A stretch of DNA of 64,000 nucleotides from a virus. The position numbers and the translations under genes were made by a program. The stretch covers positions 1 through 64,000 of the IMG/VR virus record IMGVR_UViG_3300017991_000049; one strand, written 5' to 3'. The stretch's first letter is position 1, and each line of letters opens with the position of its first letter. The notes below the pieces were generated by a model, which was given only the letters and a program-made list of their open reading frames with translations, ran no database searches and was not told where the DNA came from. This document shows, one piece after another, positions 7,940 to 15,928 of the stretch.

Positions 7940-8668
7940 TTAGGCCAACGCTTCTGAAACTTCAAGGCGCTTGCCCTTGAAATTGGGTTCGTTCCAGACC
8001 TCCAGGTAGAGATCCATCCACTCGCCGCTCTTCGACGTCGGTATGCGCCATATCAGGAACGGATCGTGTGTGCGCGACAGTTCGCAGATATGGAACGTGC
8101 CGAAATGACACCGCTTCGAGATGTCTACTGCGGACTGCAATGCGAACTCGGGCACAGGGCGCTCGTAGCCCTTGAGTGGCACAATGCCCCAGTCTGGCGC
8201 ACCAATATTCATCGCGATGAATGCAATGACGAACGACACACACGTCGGCAGCCACGCCCAGCACCATGTCGCCCAGACATACGTGGGTATAACACCCCCG
8301 CCGAGGAACATACAGAGAGACACGATGCCAGCGAACAACGTGGCCAATGACCCGCACACGAACACCGCGCACGTGACCCTGTCGAGCAGCCAGAATGCGC
8401 CACCCCAGCCGTAGGCCGACAGCGCCAGCGTCTTGATCTTGTACCGGTTGACGGACTTCGGATCGAACGGCCGGATGTCCAACTCTTCCAGCACAGCGAT
8501 TGCTTCGCATTTGCGCTGATGTTCCACACCCAACGCGCCTGCTTTGTCGCGCAGCGGCTTGTAACCAAGTCGCACATGCGCTTCCTCTCCAAGCGACGGC
8601 GAAACGTCGCACTCTTGCGGCCGGATAACGGTCTCTGGCGGCACACGCACCAATGTAGTGCTACTCAC
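7940..8668 (-). CDS. integral membrane protein (4-5 predicted TM helices)
   Basis: 242 aa. Hydrophobic core AFWLLDRVTCAVFVCGSLATLFAGIVSLCMFLGGGVIPTYVWATWCWAWLPTCVSFVIAFIAMNIG. Confidence 0.45.
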   Translation of the reverse strand: MSSTTLVRVPPETVIRPQECDVSPSLGEEAHVRLGYKPLRDKAGALGVEHQRKCEAIAVLEELDIRPFDPKSVNRYKIKTLALSAYGWGGAFWLLDRVTCAVFVCGSLATLFAGIVSLCMFLGGGVIPTYVWATWCWAWLPTCVSFVIAFIAMNIGAPDWGIVPLKGYERPVPEFALQSAVDISKRCHFGTFHICELSRTHDPFLIWRIPTSKSGEWMDLYLEVWNEPNFKGKRLEVSEALA

Positions 8669-8702
8669 TGCAGACTCCTTCCTTTAGAACAAGTGACCAA
8701 GT

Positions 8703-8775
8703 ACGGGTGCAGGGAATCGAACCCTAGACTTCTGGTTGGAAGCCAGATGTGTTGCCACTAGCACCACACCCGCAT
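8703..8775 (-). tRNA. tRNA-Gly (TCC)
   Basis: Acceptor GGGUGUG/UGCACCC. Anticodon stem UCUGG/CCAGA, loop CUUCCAA. T-arm CUAGGGUUCGAUUCCCUG. Confidence 0.7.
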
Positions 8776-8941
8776 AAGAGGAGCAAGAACTACTGACCCT
8801 AAGCTACTGACCGGGGGCGACCCGGTCGCACTCTCAGGGCAACACGAGTATATCTCTCCGGAGCCATCCGGAGCCTTCACGCACTACTTCGTCCTCAACC
8901 GCACGCGAATGCGGTACCCGCTGGCAAACGGGGCTCCTCAG

Positions 8942-9014
8942 TACGGCGCCGGAGGGTCGAACTCCAACCTCGACGTTGGCAACGTCGCGTGCACAGCCGG
9001 TACACTAGCGCCGC
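8942..9014 (-). tRNA. tRNA-Gly (GCC)
   Basis: Acceptor GCGGCGC/GCGCCGU. Anticodon stem CGACG/CGUCG, loop UUGCCAA. T-arm UGGAGUUCGACCCUCCG. Confidence 0.7.
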
Positions 9015-9154
9015 AAAAAGCAGAACGGGCTACTCACGCCGCGGCCCAGCTGGAAGCTACCCAGCCGGGGTGCGCGGATGTAGGGCTCCGGACAGATGTA
9101 TCACGGTACCCATCAACACCGCCGGGCAACCCAGCTTCCCCGCTCTGCTGTACG

Positions 9155-9898
9155 TTACTCTTGATCGCTGTATTGTATCGGTTCCTCGGGGCACGTACAG
9201 GGATGCGCGTCTCGGATTGCGCTTGCCGACGAGTTCTTCTGACAATCAGCATTGCGAGGATCATGCCGCTTCGGGATGAACGTAACTCTGTCACACGTGC
9301 ATGGCTTGAGCGTGCCATGCGACAACGCCTTAGCGCCGTTCCAGGGACAATCCTCGTTATCAGGGTTGTGATTCTGGATGTACGCGTTCGGCAGCGCTGC
9401 GACCGGCGTTACCTTAGGGCACGTGCAGCCGGCTGGTTTGTCCTCCGTTGCAGAGTTCCACAGGCAGTCCGGGTTGTCCGGATCGTGGATGCGCCCGTCG
9501 GTGCCGATCGTCCGCGGTTGTACGTCGCCCGGCCACTCCCACACAAAGTTCTGTGTGAATCCGCCATGCGTCTTGCGCTTCATGGCTGCAGCTTGCTCAG
9601 GATCGAGATAGCGGTGCCACTGTTGCCCTACGTAGCGTAACGCCTCGTAGACGTCGCCGATCTCGCGCTCGATAGCCTTGAACACTTCGGCACGTTTCGG
9701 ATCCAAGTCTTGTCGTACAGGCAAGCGCTGGTACTCGCGAATGGCGTCCAGCAACTCTTGCGCCTCTTCGACTACCTTCTCTGCGCCGAGCAGCTGTCTG
9801 CTCTCGCCGGGTGGAATCTGCCGGATCGTTCCGTTGAGCGGACCCTCGCCGGCTAGTCGTCTACCGGGCACAAAGTCCCGGACCAGTTTGCTTCCCAT
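9155..9898 (-). CDS. MazG-like nucleotide pyrophosphohydrolase with a C-terminal triple Cys-rich repeat
   Basis: N-terminal KLVRDFVP...EEAQELLDAIREY resembles MazG/HisE-type NTP-PPases. C-terminus carries three copies of (D/N)P(D/R)N-x-DC-x-(W/K)N...C-x-C. Confidence 0.5.
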   Translation of the reverse strand: MGSKLVRDFVPGRRLAGEGPLNGTIRQIPPGESRQLLGAEKVVEEAQELLDAIREYQRLPVRQDLDPKRAEVFKAIEREIGDVYEALRYVGQQWHRYLDPEQAAAMKRKTHGGFTQNFVWEWPGDVQPRTIGTDGRIHDPDNPDCLWNSATEDKPAGCTCPKVTPVAALPNAYIQNHNPDNEDCPWNGAKALSHGTLKPCTCDRVTFIPKRHDPRNADCQKNSSASAIRDAHPCTCPEEPIQYSDQE

Positions 9899-9910
9899 CG
9901 TATCTCCTTT

Positions 9911-9926
9911 TTGATCATGAGATCAA
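9911..9926. promoter_or_regulatory. conserved motif TTGATC-N4-GATCAA (+ATTTTACCA), copy 1, immediately upstream of the RBS and ATG of 9155-9898
   Basis: Seen directly. Same 16-mer at 17272, 29053, 59511 and a variant at 39185. Confidence 0.5.
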
Positions 9927-9928
9927 TT

Positions 9929-10207
9929 TTACCAGCGGATTTCGGTGAACGGCCGCGAGCACGGATGCCCGGGGTCTGGGTCGTCATGCCGAATCACCTC
10001 GAAGCCGTCTTGGCGAAGCCGCATGAACACGGCGCGCTCCTCTGCCGGCGTCGGATGCTTTTTGAAGTTTGTGAACGGATTCATTATGCTGCTGCGGCCT
10101 TGCAGCGCAGCGCCTTTGATCCGTTCGTAGATAGACGCCAGGATCGGTTCGATCACCGGCCCTTGCAGGTTCTTGCGCGTGATGTCGCGCGCTTCATCAG
10201 CTTTCAT
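9929..10207 (-). CDS. hypothetical protein (92 aa)
   Basis: ORF in a co-directional gene run. No motif recognised. Confidence 0.4.
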   Translation of the reverse strand: MKADEARDITRKNLQGPVIEPILASIYERIKGAALQGRSSIMNPFTNFKKHPTPAEERAVFMRLRQDGFEVIRHDDPDPGHPCSRPFTEIRW

Positions 10208-10514
10208 CGTCGTCTCCGTGCATGGCCGACAGCAAACCGAGCAGCTCGAAGACGCGCTTGGCGTCTATGGGCTTATCGGGCGTTAGCTGTTCGGGCTGGA
10301 TTTTCTCGTCGCCGAAGTAGCTGTAGCCGTGGGCGACGTCCGGACTCAATGTCAGCTTGGTTTCGACCCACTTGTCGAAATCGTCGCCGAGTTCGTCTTC
10401 GGCTTCTGCGAGCAGCTTGCCGAGTTCATGGGCCCGCAGCAGTAACGCTCGGCCCATGCGCATCACACCCAGATGGTGCTGATGGATCTTGCCTATGGTT
10501 TCTTCAGACATCAC
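10197..10514 (-). CDS. hypothetical protein (about 106 aa)
   Basis: Start chosen at MSEETIGK to avoid overlap with the downstream gene. Acidic C-terminus. Confidence 0.35.
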   Translation of the reverse strand: MMSEETIGKIHQHHLGVMRMGRALLLRAHELGKLLAEAEDELGDDFDKWVETKLTLSPDVAHGYSYFGDEKIQPEQLTPDKPIDAKRVFELLGLLSAMHGDDDES

Positions 10515-10771
10515 TTTCCTTTCTCTGCTAGCTCTGCTAGCGTATCGCCGTGACAGGCCTGCGGGGCGCAATAACAACCAAGCACTTTGCCGCGCAGTGT
10601 TGGCAAAAGCCATAGCAAATGCGGCTGCGTTTGCAACCATGCTCGATATTTGGCAATCACCTCTGCGCGTGTACCATCTGGGCCAATACGAAAAGGATTG
10701 CCCCAGATGCTCCCACGTCCGATATAGATATCGAACGGCTCGCGTTTGCAATGTACGACACGTGTAGTCAT
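10511..10771 (-). CDS. DUF4326-family protein
   Basis: Start at MTTRVVHCK; the upstream part of the ORF overlaps tRNA-Ser. Motifs VVHCKREPFDIYIGRG-x-WGNPF and LGCYCAP-x2-CHGD are typical of DUF4326. Confidence 0.55.
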   Translation of the reverse strand: MTTRVVHCKREPFDIYIGRGSIWGNPFRIGPDGTRAEVIAKYRAWLQTQPHLLWLLPTLRGKVLGCYCAPQACHGDTLAELAEKGK

Positions 10772-10773
10772 AG

Positions 10774-10857
10774 CGGAAGCGGCAGGGCTCGAACCTGCAA
10801 CGGGTATTTCACCGCGACTGGCTTCCAACCAGTTTCCTATCCATTCGGCTCGCTTCC
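10774..10857 (-). tRNA. tRNA-Ser (GGA), type II
   Basis: Acceptor GGAAGCG/CGCUUCC. Anticodon stem CUGG/CCAG, loop UUGGAAG. Long variable arm CGCGGUGAAAUACCCGUUG. Confidence 0.75.
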
Positions 10858-10969
10858 GGGACCGCATGGGCTAAGCAAGGCCCTCTCGTCGAGCGGCTGC
10901 GACGGGTTGTGAGTATGGCGTCCCTCACTCATCCACGGACGGTCGGTGATACCCGCCGACAGGTCTCGA

Positions 10970-11055
10970 GAGTGGGAGCGGAAGGATTTGCACCTCCATT
11001 AGCACACGTTGTGCAACCGCCGTACGAACGGCACGTCCTCCTGGGACAGCACTCC
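10970..11055 (-). ncRNA. tRNA-like RNA with non-canonical T-loop (UGCAAAU) and two internal hairpins replacing the D and anticodon arms
   Basis: Acceptor GGGAGUG/CGCUCCC 7/7. T-stem GGAGG/CCUUC. Internal UUCG-type hairpin GCCGUUCGUACGGC. Confidence 0.35.
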
Positions 11056-11261
11056 CATAACCGCGCGCCAAGGCTAACACGGCAGCGGCCAGGCCTGACC
11101 GCCACGGTGCGTTACGTTGGCATACGCTGGCGCGGTCAGCGGCCTTGTGCCCATGGCAGGGCAGAGGAACAGTTACTCGCATCGAACTGACAAGAAGTCG
11201 CGGCTGATGCTCTCACCACGCGAGGAGGCTGGTGTTATCGTACACCTGCAAAAACGTCGAG

Positions 11262-11343
11262 CGGAAGCGGGAGGAGTCGAACCTACCTACCGTTTGACCG
11301 GCGACCGGCTAGCAACCGGCTTGCCCCCGTGGGCCACACTTCC
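11262..11343 (-). tRNA. tRNA-Ser (GCT), type II
   Basis: Acceptor GGAAGUG/CGCUUCC. Anticodon loop UUGCUAG. Long variable arm. Confidence 0.7.
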
Positions 11344-11348
11344 GTCAG

Positions 11349-11431
11349 CGGAGGGAGAGGGAGTCGAACCCACAAGGCTTGCGCTCGACGGTTTTCAAGA
11401 CCGCTGCAGTCTCCGATCTGCTTGTCCCTCC
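11349..11431 (-). tRNA. tRNA-Ser (TGA), type II
   Basis: Acceptor GGAGGGA/UCCCUCC. Anticodon stem GCGGU/ACCGU, loop CUUGAAA. Long variable arm. Confidence 0.7.
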
Positions 11432-11631
11432 TAGTCTTCATCCCAGTTGTCACTGGGTAGCACGAATCCATGTTCTGTGTTGTCGTCGAATACCAGCTTG
11501 ATGCATGGCTCTTCGCCGAAAGCGCCTTCTACCTCCGTTTTGTAGATGGCTACGATGGTCTTGCCCACCACGTCTTCTAGGGCGCATTCGCCGCTAGGTT
11601 CGCCCGGCAACTGCCCTGCGATCAGCTTCAT
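11431..11631 (-). CDS. hypothetical small protein
   Basis: Start chosen at MKLIAGQ. Acidic C-terminus. Confidence 0.4.
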   Translation of the reverse strand: MKLIAGQLPGEPSGECALEDVVGKTIVAIYKTEVEGAFGEEPCIKLVFDDNTEHGFVLPSDNWDED

Positions 11632-11890
11632 CCTTCGGTTCCTTCGGTAATGAGTCTCCGGTGTTTTCACGGTGCGTGCGCACCGCCTTCTGTATGTCCG
11701 GTATCTTGCCGGACGTCTCGCCCACGAACGTCACGACCCAGCCATCTGACCAACGGCCGTAATCGTCCTGCAGTTTGACAACGCCGCCCAGCTTGGCGAA
11801 CTTCTTCGGTATGAAGGAGACGATCTTGGCGCGCTTGTCGTCACGCCATTGCTCTAACACACACTGGCGATAGTCAGTCTTCTTACTCAT
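11594..11890 (-). CDS. hypothetical protein (99 aa)
   Basis: Start at MSKKTDY; the upstream part of the ORF overlaps tRNA-Val. Confidence 0.45.
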   Translation of the reverse strand: MSKKTDYRQCVLEQWRDDKRAKIVSFIPKKFAKLGGVVKLQDDYGRWSDGWVVTFVGETSGKIPDIQKAVRTHRENTGDSLPKEPKDEADRRAVAGRT

Positions 11891-11905
11891 GGCTTCCTTT
11901 CGAGT

Positions 11906-11978
11906 AGGCCCAGTTGGATTTGAACCAACGTCCACCGCGGTGTAAACACGGCACTCTGGCCGGGCTGAGTTATGGGCC
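11906..11978 (-). tRNA. tRNA-Val (TAC)
   Basis: Acceptor GGCCCAU/CUGGGCC. Anticodon stem CCGUG/CGCGG, loop UUUACAC. T-arm GUUGGUUCAAAUCCAAC. Confidence 0.7.
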
Positions 11979-12161
11979 TTTGTAGTAAAACGAGGGCAAA
12001 GGTGGTGCCAACGGCGGGACAGCTTGAACGCCGTACTGCGCTCCTGCCACATATCGACCAACCACGGCGTCCAGCGCAGGCTCCGACGAGTACGCATCCG
12101 AGCAGCGTTAATGCACCGTAACTAGCTTTCTTATCCTCCCACCTTCACCGTCGTGGGCGCA

Positions 12162-12323
12162 TTAGCCCTTAGGCTTATCATTCGTTGCGTCGATGTACGG
12201 GCCATTGCCCACGGCGAATTCGCCGCACTTATGGCAACATAGCGTCAACGCAGCGTCGCTAATCCGTATCAGTTCTCGGCGGGCGCGATCGCCACACCAC
12301 GTACACGCATCCATGTTCTTCAT
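12162..12323 (-). CDS. small Zn-ribbon protein (MKNMDACTWCGD...CCHKCGEF)
   Basis: 53 aa. Two CxxC pairs. RBS AAAGGA upstream. Confidence 0.45.
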   Translation of the reverse strand: MKNMDACTWCGDRARRELIRISDAALTLCCHKCGEFAVGNGPYIDATNDKPKG

Positions 12324-12352
12324 CGCGTATTCCTTTCGTTGGGAGAAGTGAG

Positions 12353-12424
12353 CAGGTCCTAGAGGAGTCGAACCTCTTCTTGCGGTTTCGTAGACCGCCG
12401 TGCATCCAGCACACCCAGGACCTA
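12353..12424 (-). tRNA. tRNA-Arg (ACG)
   Basis: Acceptor GGUCCUG/UAGGACC. Anticodon stem GCGGU/ACCGC, loop CUACGAA. T-arm AGAGGUUCGACUCCUCU. Confidence 0.7.
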
Positions 12425-12487
12425 GCCCAGTAGGGAATGGTACGGCCCCTACTGGCACAGCGCCGAAGCGCCACGGTGCTGCCACCG

Positions 12488-12643
12488 TTAAGTTCGCTTT
12501 TCGTTTGGACAGCCGCGCTCGTGGCACGGCTTGCCGTTGATGACCATTGCGTTGCATTTGGAGCATTTGACGTCACAGTAACCCTCTCCGCGCGGCTTAG
12601 ACGATAAGTCGAAACCAAGGCGTTTCAGTTCTTGCGTAGTCAT
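12488..12643 (-). CDS. 51-aa Zn-ribbon protein (MTTQELKRLGFDLSSKPRGEGYCDVKCSKCNAMVINGKPCHERGCPNEKRT)
   Basis: Not in the ORF track (<60 aa). GGAG RBS 8 nt upstream of ATG. C-x3-C-x2-C...C-x4-C pattern. Followed by two hairpins. Confidence 0.5.
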   Translation of the reverse strand: MTTQELKRLGFDLSSKPRGEGYCDVKCSKCNAMVINGKPCHERGCPNEKRT

Positions 12644-12660
12644 TATAGTCTCCTTTCAGA

Positions 12661-12729
12661 CGCGCCGTTGGGATTCGAACCCACTTTGACGGTTTTGCAG
12701 ACCGCCGCCCGGCCACCGGAAGCGGCGCG
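12661..12729 (-). tRNA. tRNA-Cys (GCA)
   Basis: Acceptor GCGCCGC/GCGGCGC 6 bp. Anticodon stem GCGGU/ACCGU, loop CUGCAAA. T-arm GUGGGUUCGAAUCCCAA. Confidence 0.65.
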
Positions 12730-12908
12730 TATGTTAATCCGGCAGGTACACCTTACGGTAAGCACGCTGTCCTAACCAGGCAGCTCCTTCTACCCATTCC
12801 TGTGCTTCTTCAACCGTCTTGACTGATTCACCCGTCGGCTTCGGTGACGAGAACATAGTGCCGTCGCCGTCCTCCATCAGCACATAGATGTAGTACATGT
12901 CTCCTCCT

Positions 12909-13397
12909 TTATGCTATCCGTCCCGCCAGCCAGTTGGAAGGTGGCCGCCAGTTGTTGTAGTCGCGGTAATGCACGACGGTGTAGAACAGGCCGCTGGCCG
13001 CCACGTCGTCTGGTTTCAGCCACCGCGGGTCAGCGCCACGCGCGCGCTTGTACGCCTTGCGCACAACGCTTACACAGTTCTCGCCACGGCGTTCGCGCCG
13101 CAGGAACCGAAAGATCGAGGCGATCTTACGGTACTTGGTGCCTACAAGGCTGCGCGCATGTTGCGCTGCTCGGTAACCTAGCTGCGCATCTGGATTACGC
13201 AACAGCAGAAATTCTGGATACCGCGCTATGAAATCTGCAAGGTGTACGGCGATCACCGCATTGGGCTTGGCCTGCGCCTCGATGACGTACGTCCCGGCGG
13301 ATATGGCGGCGTGGTTCCAGTATCCAGGACTATCGTTGCCCACTGCGTCGGTGTTCCGGGTGAGGAACACGTCGCCAGCTCGACTAATGTGTGACAT
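12909..13397 (-). CDS. hypothetical protein, possibly a permuted papain-fold (His...Cys order) hydrolase
   Basis: Start at MSHISRAG because upstream codons overlap tRNA-Phe. His in GYWNHAAIS precedes Cys in ENCVSVVRKAY. Weak resemblance only. Confidence 0.3.
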   Translation of the reverse strand: MSHISRAGDVFLTRNTDAVGNDSPGYWNHAAISAGTYVIEAQAKPNAVIAVHLADFIARYPEFLLLRNPDAQLGYRAAQHARSLVGTKYRKIASIFRFLRRERRGENCVSVVRKAYKRARGADPRWLKPDDVAASGLFYTVVHYRDYNNWRPPSNWLAGRIA

Positions 13398-13417
13398 AGC
13401 TTCTCCTTCGTTGTCAG

Positions 13418-13489
13418 CGGACTGGGTGGTGCTCGAACCCACGTCTCGTGCTCTTCAGGCACGCGCTATACCGTCTCAGCTACCAGTCC
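13418..13489 (-). tRNA. tRNA-Phe (GAA)
   Basis: Acceptor GGACUGG/CCAGUCC. Anticodon stem CGUGC/GCACG, loop CUGAAGA. T-loop UUCGAGC. Confidence 0.75.
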
Positions 13490-13520
13490 ATGTTCCCGAA
13501 ATTGCTTTCGGGGACATCAT

Positions 13521-14168
13521 CTAAACCTCATGTACGCCTATGTTTACGGCCAGCGACTCGTCTTTTGCCGCCGCCGCCAGAATGTCCTGGAAGCGTACCA
13601 TCTCCTCGGGCGCCATTGTGACATGGGCGGCGACGCGGCCGTTCACGAAGAGCATGCCGGATGTGAAATAGTCGCCTTTGGCTACGTGCAGTATCTGGAA
13701 TGTCATGCGAAGGCGTTCCACCGGAGCGTTCTTGCAACCTAGGAGGAGCAGGACCTCGTTCCGGACATCTTTCAACCTGAGTCCTAGGTTCAGCAATACC
13801 TGCGACGCAGTGCCTTCGCCTTCCCGAAGCAGTCCCAGCAAGATGTGCTCGGTGCCGACGTGGTTGTGGTTGAGCAGCCGCGCCTCGTCCATAGCGAACT
13901 CTATGACCTTCTTGGCCCGGGGCGTCTGCGGCAGCTTGCCCATGGTCACCATATCGGGACCGCTCTGGACCAGCTTCTCCACCTCGAGGCGGATCTTCCG
14001 CACGTCGTAGCCTAGATTCTGCAGCGCGTTGGACGCGACCCCGCTGCCCTCCTTAATCAGTCCCATCAACACATGCTCGGTGCCGACGTACTCGTGGTTG
14101 AACCGCTGGGCCTCTTGGTTGGCCAGCTGAAACACCCGTCGTGCTCGATCCGTGAACTTCTCGTACAT
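13521..14168 (-). CDS. standalone double Clp N-terminal domain protein (ClpA/B/C N-domain repeats, no ATPase)
   Basis: 215 aa. Two repeats [37 protein letters not shown] and [35 protein letters not shown] match the Clp_N repeat signature. Confidence 0.75.
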   Translation of the reverse strand: [215 protein letters not shown]

Positions 14169-14395
14169 ACATACTCCTTCCGTGTGCGACCGCCAGGCTG
14201 GCTAAACCCAGCGGTCGCCTGATATTGGTTGACTTGTCAAAGATCATTGTTGCTGCGGAGTTCGTGTGCCATCACCTTGCTGGCGCTTACGATCCGCAGT
14301 TCGGCCAACACCGTACTCGCCGGCGCTGACCGAACGTTTGTTCCGCTGCAGACGTCGCCTGCGGCGTTCGAGTTTCTTCTGCTTCTTATTCATAG

Positions 14396-14470
14396 TGGCC
14401 CAGGTGAGATTCGAACTCACAGCATCTCGACGTTTGAAATCGAGTGGTCTGCCGGTTGCCTACCGGGCCA
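14396..14470 (-). tRNA. type I tRNA with anticodon CAA (Leu codon UUG), unusual D-arm
   Basis: Acceptor GGCCCGG/CUGGGCC, A73. Anticodon stem UCGAU/GUCGA, loop UUCAAAC. D region UAGGCAACCGGCAGACCAC. No long variable arm. Confidence 0.55.
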
Positions 14471-14574
14471 TTGGCATCAGGGGCCACCTCCTAAGGACCC
14501 CATCGTTACACTTGTGTCTCTCGCCGCCCTGTCTTTAACCAGGCACGGGACCGCACCATTGCGGCTGTAACGAG

Positions 14575-14648
14575 TAGCTCAGGTGGGATTCGAACCCACA
14601 GCATCCCGGGGTTTAAGCCCAGGTGGTCTGCCTATTGCCTACCGAGCC
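14575..14648 (-). tRNA. type I tRNA with anticodon TAA (Leu codon UUA), same unusual D-arm family
   Basis: Acceptor GGCUCGG/CUGAGCU, A73. Loop CUUAAAC. D region UAGGCAAUAGGCAGACCAC. Confidence 0.55.
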
Positions 14649-14796
14649 ATTTGCGAGCAAGGTGAGCCGCTTTCATACTCACTTCCCTCACCGTGTCGTT
14701 CATCCTATTGGTCCTAGGTCCGACAAGGATCTCCCGCACGGATTGCGCCAGCCATGACCCGGAGTCGACTCGTGGTCTAGCCATGCTCGCACGACG

Positions 14797-15513
14797 CTAG
14801 CGCCGTTTACGCTTCGTAGGATCCTTTCGGAAACTGAACTTGTTGAAGCCCTTGGCGCCGACCATCACTTTGTCGGGCACGTCCGGGATCGGTTTCTCTG
14901 GCTGCGCTTGCGCGCCCAGGTACATGGCGAGCTCTTGGAACGCTGTGTACCGGTCGAGCACTCGATAAAACTCGATGACCTCCAGTCTAGGGTTGATCTC
15001 TATCTCGTAAACGCTTTTGCGCCATACACGGGCGCGGCTGCTGTCTGCCAGGAAGATCGGCGCACCGAACTTCTCGAACAGCTCCTCGTGTTTGTCTCGT
15101 ACTGCCTCTATCTCCTCGAAGAACTTCTCAATGGAGACCCGCGTGCTCGCCGGCCAACATTCTTTCCGCCATGTCCTTCGCTTCGGTAGTGGCTTTGTGT
15201 ACGCGGCGACCTCCTTCTTATGCATGGTCGCATTCACCCACGCTAGAACCTCGTCAGGGTTGTAGCAGAACACCGGTTTGCAATCTGCTGTCTGGTACTG
15301 GGGTATCCGCACGAGCGGATACAGCTTGCCGCAGAAGCCCACGACAAGCCTTTCTGCGGGTAGTTTGGCCCAGCCACCGCGTCGCTTATGCAACGGAAAC
15401 GGGTACTCTGCAATCTCAACGTCCTCCGATTTTCTAAGGTAGATGAGCGACTGGTCCTGGCCTGCGCCTTGGATGCAGTCATAGTAGTCGTGAAACTCGG
15501 ATATTATGCGCAT
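14797..15513 (-). CDS. hypothetical protein (about 238 aa)
   Basis: Start at MRIISEFHDYYD because upstream codons overlap a tRNA. No motif recognised. Confidence 0.5.
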   Translation of the reverse strand: MRIISEFHDYYDCIQGAGQDQSLIYLRKSEDVEIAEYPFPLHKRRGGWAKLPAERLVVGFCGKLYPLVRIPQYQTADCKPVFCYNPDEVLAWVNATMHKKEVAAYTKPLPKRRTWRKECWPASTRVSIEKFFEEIEAVRDKHEELFEKFGAPIFLADSSRARVWRKSVYEIEINPRLEVIEFYRVLDRYTAFQELAMYLGAQAQPEKPIPDVPDKVMVGAKGFNKFSFRKDPTKRKRR

Positions 15514-15548
15514 GTCTCCACGTGTGTCTGTTGGTGACAGTTTTACCA

Positions 15549-15621
15549 GTAGGCGCGGCAGGATTCGAACCTGCAACATCTAGGTCCTAAACCTAGCGTC
15601 TCTGCCGTTGGACTACACGCC
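15549..15621 (-). tRNA. type I tRNA with anticodon TAG (Leu codon CUA)
   Basis: Acceptor GGGCGUG/CGCGCCU, A73. Anticodon stem CUAGG/CCUAG, loop UUUAGGA. Confidence 0.6.
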
Positions 15622-15625
15622 CAAA

Positions 15626-15709
15626 GCGGAAGCGGGAGGAGTCGAACCTCCTACGGAGTTACCCGCGACTGTTTTCGAGGCAGCTTCCTACCGTTAGGCT
15701 CGCTTCCGT
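15626..15709 (-). tRNA. tRNA-Ser (CGA), type II
   Basis: Acceptor GGAAGCG/CGCUUCC. Loop CUCGAAA. Long variable arm CGCGGGUAACUCCGUAG. Confidence 0.7.
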
Positions 15710-15713
15710 AGTA

Positions 15714-15787
15714 GCCCAGGTGAGATTCGAACTCACAGCATCGCGGGGTCTGAGGCCGCGTGGTCTGCCGATTGCCTACCGGGCTAT
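15714..15787 (-). tRNA. type I tRNA with anticodon CAG (Leu codon CUG), unusual D-arm family
   Basis: Acceptor AGCCCGG/CUGGGCU, A73. Loop CUCAGAC (or a 9-nt loop if the stem is CGCGG/CCGCG). D region UAGGCAAUCGGCAGACCAC. Confidence 0.55.
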
Positions 15788-15791
15788 AGTA

Positions 15792-15865
15792 GCAAGGGTG
15801 GGATTCGAACCCACAGCATCACGCCCTCTCAAGGCGCGTGGTCTGCCTGTTGCCTACCTTGCTAG
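15792..15865 (-). tRNA. type I tRNA with anticodon GAG (Leu codons CUC/CUU), unusual D-arm family
   Basis: Acceptor AGCAAGG/CCUUGCU, A73. Anticodon stem GCGCC/GGCGU, loop UUGAGAG. Confidence 0.55.
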
Positions 15866-15928
15866 GAGGCGGGGGTGAGTCAGGGCGGTGCACCCTTACT
15901 TAATCCGTGACTATTCCCCCGCCACACG

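Noticed and set aside
8909-9640. 243-aa plus-strand ORF
   Set aside because: It begins inside tRNA-Gly and runs antisense through the MazG-like gene. Ala/Arg-rich composition.
14396-14470. Opal-suppressor or Sec-tRNA reading of the loop UUUCAAA (anticodon UCA)
   Set aside because: That register leaves no complementary anticodon stem. The UCGAU/GUCGA stem with loop UUCAAAC (anticodon CAA) is fully paired.
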